A DNA stretch of 64,000 nucleotides from Tetramitus jugosus (lineage: Eukaryota > Protista > Heterolobosea), in the NCBI GenBank assembly GCA_937625935.1, contig OW569377.1, positions 62,001-126,000 on the forward strand, in the 5' to 3' direction. Below the pieces are notes generated by a model. The model did not search any database. It was not told the origin of the DNA and was given only the letters and a program-made list of their open reading frames with translations. Below, one piece after another: positions 52,884 to 62,493 of this stretch. Position 1 is the first letter of the stretch, and every line of letters begins with the position of its first letter. The position numbers and the translations under genes are program-made.

Positions 52884-54554
52884 ATGGATTTGAATGAAGC
52901 TTCGTCTGATCAACATCACCACATTGATGCGTTGCGTCATTTTGCTCTCATTGATGAGCTCGTTCACAACGCACTACAATACCTTCCCATGCCTGATTTG
53001 TTGAACGCTTGTCTCGTTTCACCTTCTTGGAACCTCATGATCCATAGCTCTCATCTCATTTGGATGATACAATCACGTGCTATTGGATGGCCCATCAATC
53101 TCTCTTCTCACCTCGATCAACACCACCTCGCCAAACCTCCTTCTTTCTATTTCTCCGTTTCACCTCCTTTTTCTTCATTACAACAACAAGAACAGGAGAG
53201 TCAACTATGCGCTCTTCCCCAGTACTCTTACAATCATTTGTCATGGCGACAATTCTATCAAATTCTCAACAACAAGTGTCATCTCTTCATTTATATCAAC
53301 TCTTACTTAACGTTACCGAGTTGTCTGTCTCTGTTGAGTCGGGTGACAGGTATGGACACGGCATTGTTGAAGAGAGAGATTGGAGGATCGTCAAAGGGTA
53401 AAATTTTTGTGCTTCATTCGGAGTCATTGATCAATTGTTTGAAGATGCAAAGAAGACTGCAACAGGAGATGAATCATCGAATTTTGACAAGTATTGAAAC
53501 TGTAGGACAGTATGATAATGAAGGAAATGAGAACAATGAGGGTCGTAATGGTGATAATGGCTTACTGAAGACATTGGCTCAAAACGAGTTGAGTGTGACA
53601 CTTTCTAATTGTATATATGAGGATTTTTGGTGTAATTGGGTTGTTGATACCGATGATCAAAATCAAGTATCACGAGATGAACTTGTCAATCGAAAGAAGG
53701 ATCAACTTTTGGAGAGAGCAAGGCGATTCACAGCAGGAGTCAATTGTCTGGATCGTAGATTTGCTGTCTCGGTCATGAACGATGAAGTTCATTCGTTTGA
53801 TCAAGTAACAACTGCTCTCAGACAATCGACCGGTATGAATTATGAACGAGCGGACATGATCACATGGAGAGCACACTCCAGTGGAAGTTGCATATGTTTT
53901 GAATCAAGTGATTTAGATCAATGTTTGAATGTGATCGAAATATTGAGGCAGGCACGATTGGACTGTCAATTGAGAGCGATAGAGCTAGACTCGATGAATA
54001 AGATGGAGGAAACATATCATCGAGAAGCACAGAGCTTGGAAGAATACAAAAAGAAGTCAGAGACACCGAGTAAGGAGAGTACGGCAACGAGTGAAGATGA
54101 GAGTGATCAAAAACTGTATTGTGTGTTGCTTGGAAGAGATGAGAGACATTCGGCTGCGATGATGATGAATACATTTCGTTCATTGTCCATGTCTCCTACC
54201 GAGGCACTGGAGTCATTGTTTCGATTAACTACATCCATGTTCTTTCCTATTGTCGAAGGGTCAAAAACAGAGGCTGAGCGTGCGTATGATTTTCTGAATA
54301 GTCAATTGTACAATGTTACTTTGATATCAAAGGAGGATTATGAAAGAAATATTGTCATTCGTTTTGATGATGAGATGGAGTTTACGGACGGTCTTGAAGA
54401 ATATGAAGACGATGACGAGGTTGATCGAGGAGATGAATATGGCGGTGATGTATATGACGACTTTGAGGAAGCATTTGTGTTTGACTTTGGTAACCCACGA
54501 GCCAATCAAGAAGAGGATGAAGATGAAGACGAACATGATGATGACATGGAATAA
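52884..54554 (+). CDS. F-box protein with two to three ClpS-like domains and an acidic tail
   Basis: F-box LIDELVHNALQYLPMPDLLNACLVSPSW; FAVSVMNDEVHSFDQVTTAL...A..IT..AH..G..IC resembles ClpS and the UBR1 N-domain; second copy YCVLLGRDERHS...PIVEGSKTEAE. Confidence 0.8.
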   Translation: MDLNEASSDQHHHIDALRHFALIDELVHNALQYLPMPDLLNACLVSPSWNLMIHSSHLIWMIQSRAIGWPINLSSHLDQHHLAKPPSFYFSVSPPFSSLQQQEQESQLCALPQYSYNHLSWRQFYQILNNKCHLFIYINSYLTLPSCLSLLSRVTGMDTALLKREIGGSSKGKIFVLHSESLINCLKMQRRLQQEMNHRILTSIETVGQYDNEGNENNEGRNGDNGLLKTLAQNELSVTLSNCIYEDFWCNWVVDTDDQNQVSRDELVNRKKDQLLERARRFTAGVNCLDRRFAVSVMNDEVHSFDQVTTALRQSTGMNYERADMITWRAHSSGSCICFESSDLDQCLNVIEILRQARLDCQLRAIELDSMNKMEETYHREAQSLEEYKKKSETPSKESTATSEDESDQKLYCVLLGRDERHSAAMMMNTFRSLSMSPTEALESLFRLTTSMFFPIVEGSKTEAERAYDFLNSQLYNVTLISKEDYERNIVIRFDDEMEFTDGLEEYEDDDEVDRGDEYGGDVYDDFEEAFVFDFGNPRANQEEDEDEDEHDDDME

Positions 54555-54591
54555 AAACAACATGGTGATTCATTTATCGACAACAATTGTT

Positions 54592-57120
54592 CTACTTTTT
54601 ATAAAGGTAGCCTGTAGGACCACCAGTGGAGAATAATGAGGGACTAGGATTCCGTGGTTGGTTGATGCCATTGAACAGGTCAGGTGAGGGTAGCGGAGAA
54701 GTTGGAGACAAACTAGGTACAACCGTGGGAGAGGATTGTGGAAACATCTCAAATAGTTTCTGATGGGCATTAGGTGGTGTGGGTTGCCGCACAGAGCCAA
54801 CAGGGCCAACTGTATGGTAGTTCTCAACATGTTGTTGCTGTTGATAAAATTCATTCACATGGAATGACGATGGTTGTGTCAAGCGCTGAATGTAGGCTTG
54901 TTGTTCGACCACGAGGTTGTACATGCCATACATTTGTTGTGCTTGTTGGGCGAGCTGGCTCTCCAAGAAACTAGTTCTTTGTTGCAGTTGACTCAGAACC
55001 ATTTGGTTTTCTGTTCGTTCTCTCTCTAGCTCCTGCTCCACTTGATTAATCCGTTGCAGCAGTTCGTCGACGGATGAAATATCATCGAGGCTTTCTGTTG
55101 GAGCCGGGTTCGATTCTTTAGGAGACTCGGTTTCTGTTTGTTCCTGCCGTGCTACTGTTGATTCAAGGGTGGTCGTCAGCACAGGATTTTCGTTTGGAAT
55201 ACCTTCCTCGGTTGTGGGACTCGATGAATGATCTTGTGCTTCTTCTTCTTGTTCTATCGATTCGGTCAGGTGATCATCAACATTCACATTCTCTTCCTGT
55301 TCTTCAAACTGCTCTTCTTCTTCTGCGACTGCCAACTCATCGTCATATGATTGACTTTGAATCTGATGCATCAACGAGTTGAAATCAAAATTGTTATCTA
55401 GTGCCATTCGTTCCTCTTCTTCATCCGAATAATAAAAATTAGAAGCTATTGAGTCAGCATCATGATGATCAACTTGTTCAGTGCTATTGGATGATGCTTC
55501 TGACTCTATATCTGCTTCGCTATTCACACTCGTCGCAGAGGAGACAGATGAAGCTGCAGTTGAGGTTCCTAAAACACTAGACTTGCTTGATAACGAAGAA
55601 TCATTCGCTTTTTGTTGTGGCTTCTTCTTCTTGTCCTTCTTCTTTGATTTTTGTTGATGCTGCGTTGGCTTCTTCTTCGCATCATCGGCAGTGATAAATG
55701 ACACAAGATCATCTACTGATCTCTTATCTTTTAACTTGCGCTTTTCAGCCTTCTTTTTCTTCTTTTTTTGATTCTTCTTTTTCGATTTACTCGTGGTTGT
55801 CGGTTCATTCATCTTATCATAGGGCATAGACAACGGATCTGTGGCACGCATCCTCTCAATGACCTCTGGATTGTTCGTGAATGGGTAATTTCGATGAAGC
55901 CAACTCTTACTCGCAGGACTGTTCTTTGCCGAGTGTAGTCCCATCGGGTGATGATGGTGGTGATGAAGATGATGCAAATGAGACATTGACGGTGGTCCAA
56001 TCATCGAATTTCGATTCTTGGATTTGAGAGCAGCTTGTGCCACCATTGTCGTCTCTGCTTCATCCGATTGAACACCATTTGCCTCACTACCATTTGCATC
56101 ACCACCACCTCCATGAATACCATTGTGATGATTCGCATTGTTGTGTATAAAGTCATTGGCAATGTTGAACGTTTCACGAACTTCTTCCGGTGTCTTTCCC
56201 TTGATTAACGTTGCAATCGATTGACACGTCAAATCAACCAATGGACGAATCTGTAGATAATAGGAAGCAGATGCCAACTCACACAAGTCACTCGGTTCAG
56301 CATCCACCAATTTCCTATCATACCGTTTTCTTTCTTCTGTGCTGGGCCGTCGCGTCAAATCAATCACTGGTTTTCTCAACACTGTCTTTTTCTTCTTTTT
56401 TCTCCTTTTATTCTTCTTCTTATTATTGGTATTTTCGCTATTTTGATTGTGATGAGTCGTCATTATCGTATTGCTTGTATTTACATGATGATGATGAAGA
56501 TGATGATGATGGTCGTTTGATTCATTCAACATTGTCAATGATGAAGACAATGACGATGAATATTCATCATTTGTAGAGGTTGAATTCGGGGTGTGAGAAA
56601 CAGAGGAATGAGAAATGGATTTTGTTGAAGGTGTTGTTGCTGTTGTTGTTGGCTTCTTTTGTGGACAGTGAAACCGACACCAATCAAACACCTTTTCCAA
56701 CGATTTTCTTCTCACGTTCGATATCGTAAATGTTCGATGATTGGAATCTTGCATCAATTGTTTTCGAAGTGCTGAACAGAGCATGGCAGTGTCCAAATCA
56801 ATCAAATAAGGTCCATCTGCTGCTTGTATCGTAAACATTTCTTCTTCATAGTCATCATCATCATCACCATCACTATCATCTTCATTATCATCGTCTTCAT
56901 AGTCTTCTTCTTCGTCATCTTCGTCATCTTCGCCTTCACTGTCGCTACTACTACTTGGATAGCTATTTTCATTTTTGGAAAATTTGTGGTCATGATTAAT
57001 GTCATTATTATTAGTATCATCAATGATAGTTTTGTCGGTAACTTGTTGTTGTTGTTGTGAAATGATCATCATTTCGTTATCAGAATGGTGCTGTTGATGC
57101 GGCGTGTGATATGTGGACAT
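54592..57120 (-). CDS. Long Skp1-like protein (split POZ and dimerisation domains, long C-terminal extension)
   Basis: NVRRKSLEKVFDWCRFH; LCELASASYYLQIRPLVDLTCQSIATLIKGKTPEEVRETFNIANDF; DKRSVDDLVSFI, as I recall for plant ASK20/21-type proteins. Confidence 0.88.
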   Translation of the reverse strand: MSTYHTPHQQHHSDNEMMIISQQQQQVTDKTIIDDTNNNDINHDHKFSKNENSYPSSSSDSEGEDDEDDEEEDYEDDDNEDDSDGDDDDDYEEEMFTIQAADGPYLIDLDTAMLCSALRKQLMQDSNHRTFTISNVRRKSLEKVFDWCRFHCPQKKPTTTATTPSTKSISHSSVSHTPNSTSTNDEYSSSLSSSLTMLNESNDHHHHLHHHHVNTSNTIMTTHHNQNSENTNNKKKNKRRKKKKKTVLRKPVIDLTRRPSTEERKRYDRKLVDAEPSDLCELASASYYLQIRPLVDLTCQSIATLIKGKTPEEVRETFNIANDFIHNNANHHNGIHGGGGDANGSEANGVQSDEAETTMVAQAALKSKNRNSMIGPPSMSHLHHLHHHHHHPMGLHSAKNSPASKSWLHRNYPFTNNPEVIERMRATDPLSMPYDKMNEPTTTSKSKKKNQKKKKKKAEKRKLKDKRSVDDLVSFITADDAKKKPTQHQQKSKKKDKKKKPQQKANDSSLSSKSSVLGTSTAASSVSSATSVNSEADIESEASSNSTEQVDHHDADSIASNFYYSDEEEERMALDNNFDFNSLMHQIQSQSYDDELAVAEEEEQFEEQEENVNVDDHLTESIEQEEEAQDHSSSPTTEEGIPNENPVLTTTLESTVARQEQTETESPKESNPAPTESLDDISSVDELLQRINQVEQELERERTENQMVLSQLQQRTSFLESQLAQQAQQMYGMYNLVVEQQAYIQRLTQPSSFHVNEFYQQQQHVENYHTVGPVGSVRQPTPPNAHQKLFEMFPQSSPTVVPSLSPTSPLPSPDLFNGINQPRNPSPSLFSTGGPTGYLYKK

Positions 57121-57225
57121 TTTTGTGTTATGGGGTTTTTGGCGCGTATTCGTTGTTTGACTGGCGGGAAACAATTTTTGGGTTGTTGGACAGTTTTTTT
57201 GAAGGTGTTGATTTTTGTTGTTGGT

Positions 57226-58520
57226 TCATGGGAGAAGCGATGTATTGGATCTTTTCAGGCCTTTTCTTCTTCTGTCATCGAGACTTCTTGCAGTTACAGG
57301 GACAAAATCACTTGGGACGTGACGGGCGTTCTGCGCGAAGATGCAATTCTCAGCAATTGTTTCTTGGTATTGACCGGAATGCACGTTGAATCCCTTGAAT
57401 TCACAGGACCGGAACATGTTGTGCCCCTTTTTGATATTCACAGTTGTTGTTTCAGAAAAAGAGCTATCTCTGAAGAAGGAGGACACTGAATCATCGTTGC
57501 TAGTGTTTTGAATATCGACACATCCATCTATGAAATGACAATTGTGGCATTTCACTTTCGATTCACTGCTGTGCGTGTATTCGGAAGCTCTAAAGTCACA
57601 AGAGTCAAATATTGCATGACACTGAGTGACTTCGACTGCTTCTCGGATAAACGTACAGAACCTAAAGAGATGTCTCACTTCTATAAAATTAACAGATATT
57701 CCAACAGATAACTTGCCTCTGATAAACCGACAACCAGAGAATTCATTCAATCCAACTTTAAAGAGGTTGTTAATAAGTGCTTATCACATAAGGAATGTAA
57801 TAATATTCTGTACATACCTTCATTCAGAAGGATAACGTCACCTCTTAGTCGGACATTTGAAAACCTATTGCCGTTTGATTCTACCATTGTCTTTTGACTA
57901 TTGACTTCCACATTAGAGAAAGTTACATTGTTTGCCTCGATACTGAGAGCTTCGAATTGAATTGTACTACCTCTATCGCAGGTAAAGATATTCTCTCCTT
58001 CAATGTGAATGTTTCCTCTCTGAAATTTTCTAACTCCCCGTGCATCGTCAAACCTTCCCTTGGGAACCTTTATCACAACAGCGTACTTTTCTGGTATGGT
58101 CTGTGAAACATTGAGAGCTTCTTCGAGCTTTGTAAAGTGAGTATTCGACTTTGAGTCGAGTACATCCTCTTCTTCATTGATTACATGTAAGGTAACTGTG
58201 TTGTTGCTTTCAACCGTAGCCAGCTTTGCCCAATCAACTTCTTTTACATCCTCCACGCTCTCATGAAAGTCTTGAGATCGACTACTTGGACGAGCAGCAA
58301 CGGAAGAAGTCGTTTCACTATTCAAGGACTCTATAATAGCTGAAATCTTGGATGAAGAGGATGGCCGCTCATTGGGAAACGCTGGAGGTTGAGAAATTTG
58401 TCCCAAGGTTGATTTCTCATTTACAATCGAGGGTTTGTGGACACTGGGGAGACGAGGAGAGGAATTCTCTGCGGCCCAATCATCAATCTCTTGCAACAAT
58501 GCATCAAAGTTACTATTCAT
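57226..58520 (-). CDS. Hypothetical protein with right-handed beta-helix-like repeats; intron 57817-57756
   Basis: A GTATGT...AAG intron joins the 257-aa and 174-aa ORFs in frame; repeated F..C.F / N.F.N motifs. Confidence 0.6.
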
Positions 58521-58830
58521 TCTATTATCAGTTGGATTGGTTTGTCTTGTTTGTTTTCACTTTGAGGGATTCAAGTGCTTCTCACTTGCGAGCGTTTTGA
58601 GGCTCTTTGATTTTGGAGAAATCAGTCGTAAGATATTTCCGTTGCTGCTTTTGGTGCAACTACGGAAATTTTGAGCTCGTCGAGCGTGCACAACTTTGCG
58701 GCTGCTGTGCAGGACAAAATATTGTGCGTGAAAGATATAGAAGTACTTAACTATTTATATACATATTGTATTGTGCTCGACCATTGTCATCCAAGTAGTG
58801 TGCGGCATCAGTTCGGAGTACTACACAGCT

Positions 58831-58902
58831 ATTCTAAGTAAAGTCAGAATCGTAGCCTTCTCAGATGGAGATTTTGGGCATACGAATCGTCATGCATAGA
58901 AT
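58831..58902 (-). promoter_or_regulatory. Type II SECIS element of the SelK mRNA
   Basis: AUUCUA (helix I) UGC AUGAC GAUUCGUAUGCC CAAAA UCUC CAUCU GAGA A GGCUACGAUUC UGAC UUUACU UAGAAU: AUGA/GA quartet, about 11-bp helix II, apical As, mini-helix. Confidence 0.9.
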
Positions 58903-59240
58903 CACTGCTCGCTCTTGTTGAGGCGTGTAATCTTCGGAACTATCAACGACACGAACGCAATCGAGAGAAGCGGCGCATGACAAATCTTTTGCAAATCAGT
59001 CACGCAACAAACAGCTTCATCACATGCGCAAGTGATGCGCACAATCACAAGGAAGCAAACGGGAGCAAGTTGTCAACGGAAGCAACAACTGTTGTTCAAG
59101 ATTTGCTAACTTTTTTGTTCCGAGTTGTGTGACTCGATCTCATCAATTGAGAGCTTTGCGCCAGCATCAAAAGCTTTCAATGTAAGCGCGTACATGCACA
59201 CATACTTGTCAAAAAAAATTAGCAAAACAACAGTTGTTGC

Positions 59241-59519
59241 TTATCCTCAGGTACCTGTAGAACAGTTTTGAACAATTCTTCCCATGGGTCTTCTTGGTCT
59301 ATCATTTCCTCCACCATTTCCACCACCACCAGAAGAAGAGGATCTCCAAATTGATGAAGAAGGAGTGTAGGTCCTAGAACTGCCCTCACTCGTGTCATTT
59401 GATGGAAGCAAAGTTCTAAAAAATATGACTAGAAGCGTGTAAAGAGTTGTGAAGAATGATAGGATCGTTGCCCACCAGCCAGCCTTCTTTACAATTCGCC
59501 CATCTTTCAAATAAGCCAT
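59241..59519 (-). CDS. SELENOK: Selenoprotein K (92 aa, Sec at the penultimate position)
   Basis: MAYLKDGRIV, TM ending VIFFRTLL, Gly-rich linker, PRRPMGRI, then CSTGT-TGA-GGA-TAA; SECIS downstream. Confidence 0.92.
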
Positions 59520-60142
59520 TGTTTTTTTGTTGGTTTGTTGTTTTGCTGTTTGTTGTTGTTTGATTTTGTTGTTCAAATTGTCGCATGGAGTTGTCGTGGA
59601 AATTCTGTTCTTTTTTTGGGTATCGTCGTGAGAATTTACGCAATTGTTGGTGCTGATATCAGCACATGGACCATTCATCGAATAAAATGGAGATCAAAGT
59701 TAAACTGACATGTCCCTATCGTTGATTCAAGAAGGCTCATAGAAATTGACGAAAGATGAAACAATGAAACGCTCCGATAACCAATACGTATGAGCAGTTT
59801 GCAAGGAACAAATGAGAAAGAACAGTAAAAAAATGTTTGAGACTACAAGTTGGTTTGTATTTGACAAAATAATGTGATGGCTTGTGGTGATAAAAAAGAA
59901 ACAACAACAAGAGAGAAAAGTCTCGTCAAGTGTTCGTTGTTCATGTATGATGGTGTGTGTTTGTTGCTGCTCCACGGGTTGGATTCCCAACGTTTGCACA
60001 GTAGAAGCTACTCCCTCTATTTGTACAACAGCTGTGTGGATCGCCCATGAAGCAAAAGTTTAGCTCAAAGAGCTATATGGTAGTAGTAAGAGTTGTTGAT
60101 GGTGATGAGGAGAGGAGGTGAAAGAGAGCTCTTGATGAGTAT

Positions 60143-60376
60143 TTAGAGTCCACCCTTCAATTGCAAAATCAATTGAATAGTTTGGTTAGCCTTCAATCCC
60201 AACTCCTTGACAGTCTTATCATCAGGCAAGATCTTTCCAGAGAAGACCAGTCTTTGTTGCACTGGTGGAATACCAACCTTCTCTTCGACTTGCTTTTTCA
60301 AGAATTCAATCTTGTCGTTTTCTTCAACGTTGAAGGAGTGTTGAACACCTGATAGAGTCTTAATGTTGAGTTTCAT
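60143..60376 (-). CDS. NEDD8/RUB1-like ubiquitin-like protein
   Basis: IKTLSG, VEEKVGIPPVQQRLVFSGK, C-terminal LQLKGG plus one residue to be processed. Confidence 0.85.
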   Translation of the reverse strand: MKLNIKTLSGVQHSFNVEENDKIEFLKKQVEEKVGIPPVQQRLVFSGKILPDDKTVKELGLKANQTIQLILQLKGGL

Positions 60377-60698
60377 TGTTCGATGTAGTGTGTGGTGAGT
60401 GATGATTTGCTTTTTTTTTCTCTGTTTGTTGATTAGCTTTTGGTTGTCAAACTTGAAAGAGCTTTTTTTCGAGAGGAGAGGAACAATTGGCCGAACTTGT
60501 CATGGTTTACAATGGAAAGTTCCGGTTTTTTGTTCCACAGCGTATGCGGACAAACAACGAGAACTCAGCTGCACTGTCTTGAATCGTGGTGATGACTCTG
60601 GTGTTGTTTTACTTACGCTGAATGATAGCGATAGTTCAGGCAGATGAGAATTTCTCGTTATTTACAGAAAGCGTCGCGCCACAAAAGAACTACAGGCA

Positions 60699-62486
60699 AT
60701 GCATCAAACAAGCAACGAGCTCTCAGAGATTATTGAGTTGAACGTAATTATAGAAAATGTGGAGCTCTACTCTCTATTTCCCAAAGCCAAACCAATATTC
60801 ATGACTGTTCAGGTTCAAGAATCTCAACAACCCAGTGTCAGTATCTCATCACAGTCGTTCAAGGATCCTCAGATTTCAAGCTCTAAAGATCAATTGTCAT
60901 TGAGTCAATCGAGGTTGACAAAATGTCGAACAGATATCTTCTATGATCTGGTAGGATCTCAAGATAATAAGCCATTGAGTGTCAAGTTTCGAACAAACAA
61001 GTTTAGTTTCCAATTGTACACTATGTTTATTAATCAAGAGAGATACTGCTTGTTCGAAATAGTGTTGGAGTGTTATCAAGACTCAGAAGATAGACGGGCT
61101 ACTTTGTTGGCTCGAGGGAACTTGAGTATGGACATGAATGAGTCAAAGATTTTGTTTGTTGCAAATAAGTTGGACTACGTTGTTACGTTGAGAGATGTGG
61201 AACAACAAAGAGACATGATGCGAGTACATATGACATTGGATATCCAACAAGAAAATGAAGTTCTTCAATCACCAACTAAACTACATGCTCTGATTCATAA
61301 CCTGAGACTCTCATCAGAGGTGCAATTAGAACTCATGAAGGAGGCAAATGATATGAAGCGCTCTCAGCAACAAGAATTGCACAAGTTATTCGAAGAGGAA
61401 TTAAGTTATTTGAGAGAAGCTAACAGGCAGTTGATGGAAGAAATCAAGCTTAAGAATGGACAGATAGAAACTATTGAGCGCTACTTGAATGAAGAGAAGG
61501 AGAAAACAACAAAGATGAAGTTGGATTTGGCACAGATGAATACTAAACTGTCAACTTACAAGAATGAAATTCAAATATTCAGTGATGACAAATTACTGAT
61601 CAGAGAGTATAAGAATATGCAGAAACAGTACCATAGAATGAAAGAGTTAGAACGGGAGAGGGAGGTTATGATTCATGCTCACCAAGAGCAATCTCAACAA
61701 TCTCAACGGTTGATGAAGAAGATAGAGCGGTATAAATCATACCGGAAAACGATAAAGGAACAAGAAAAAGTCATTAACAAACTCGAGGATCTTCTTAAAA
61801 AGAAGTACTTCGATCCTACGTCTTACAATTCTATGATCGAGAGTGATGAACTCCAGAAGCGCGCGAATCAGATTAAACGGCTGGAAACAGAACACGAAGA
61901 GCTAAAGAAGGAGTTGGTCGACAATGAGAAGAATCGTCAGATTTTGGAACAAAAAGTTGTGGAGCTGGGAAGTTACGAAAAGTTGTTGGTAAAACGAGAT
62001 GTAGATAGAATGAGTAAGGATCTCTCAGAATACAAAGCACGAGAGGAGCAACAGATGAACGAATTAGAGTCTTTCCGAACGGAAACATTAGCAATGAGAC
62101 ATTCAATCAAAGAGAAAGAAACTGAAATAAGGAGTCTTAGGGAACAATTAACCACTCAAACTGAAACGCTGAAACAAAGTGATGTACTCCACCAACAAGA
62201 CGAAGCAATCAAGCAATTGAGAAATGAAAAAGACTCAATGAAGAAAGAAAACAATACAATGAAGAATGAGATAGAGCAGTTAAAGAGTCAGACTATGGCA
62301 TTGCAACGAAAGTTAGACGCACTTGATTATGAGAATCATGACATAGCCAAGAGGTACATTGAAGAAATGCACAGTATGAGGTTGAAACTGGCCAATATTA
62401 ATGAATCAAAGGAGTTTGAGGACTACGATTTCGATGACGAAGACAGCGCAATGACTGCCGATATAAAGCAAAGCACAAAGACGTAA
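60699..62486 (+). CDS. Coiled-coil protein with a possible N-terminal C2-like domain
   Basis: Beta-rich N-terminal ~180 aa followed by long E/K/Q heptad repeats. Confidence 0.7.
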   Translation: MHQTSNELSEIIELNVIIENVELYSLFPKAKPIFMTVQVQESQQPSVSISSQSFKDPQISSSKDQLSLSQSRLTKCRTDIFYDLVGSQDNKPLSVKFRTNKFSFQLYTMFINQERYCLFEIVLECYQDSEDRRATLLARGNLSMDMNESKILFVANKLDYVVTLRDVEQQRDMMRVHMTLDIQQENEVLQSPTKLHALIHNLRLSSEVQLELMKEANDMKRSQQQELHKLFEEELSYLREANRQLMEEIKLKNGQIETIERYLNEEKEKTTKMKLDLAQMNTKLSTYKNEIQIFSDDKLLIREYKNMQKQYHRMKELEREREVMIHAHQEQSQQSQRLMKKIERYKSYRKTIKEQEKVINKLEDLLKKKYFDPTSYNSMIESDELQKRANQIKRLETEHEELKKELVDNEKNRQILEQKVVELGSYEKLLVKRDVDRMSKDLSEYKAREEQQMNELESFRTETLAMRHSIKEKETEIRSLREQLTTQTETLKQSDVLHQQDEAIKQLRNEKDSMKKENNTMKNEIEQLKSQTMALQRKLDALDYENHDIAKRYIEEMHSMRLKLANINESKEFEDYDFDDEDSAMTADIKQSTKT

Positions 62487-62493
62487 TGGTTGT

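Noticed and set aside
59205-59254. Possible 50-nt intron (GTACCT...GCTAAT...AAG) that would remove the SelK Sec codon
   Set aside because: The donor does not match other donors here (GTATGT, GTACGT, GTTTGT, GTAAAG), and the SECIS supports the unspliced reading. RNA-seq would be needed.
60143-60376. Gln72/Lys74 instead of NEDD8 Ala72/Arg74 as evidence of a novel modifier
   Set aside because: I recall LQLRGG-type ends in other protist NEDD8 proteins; insufficient without a phylogeny.
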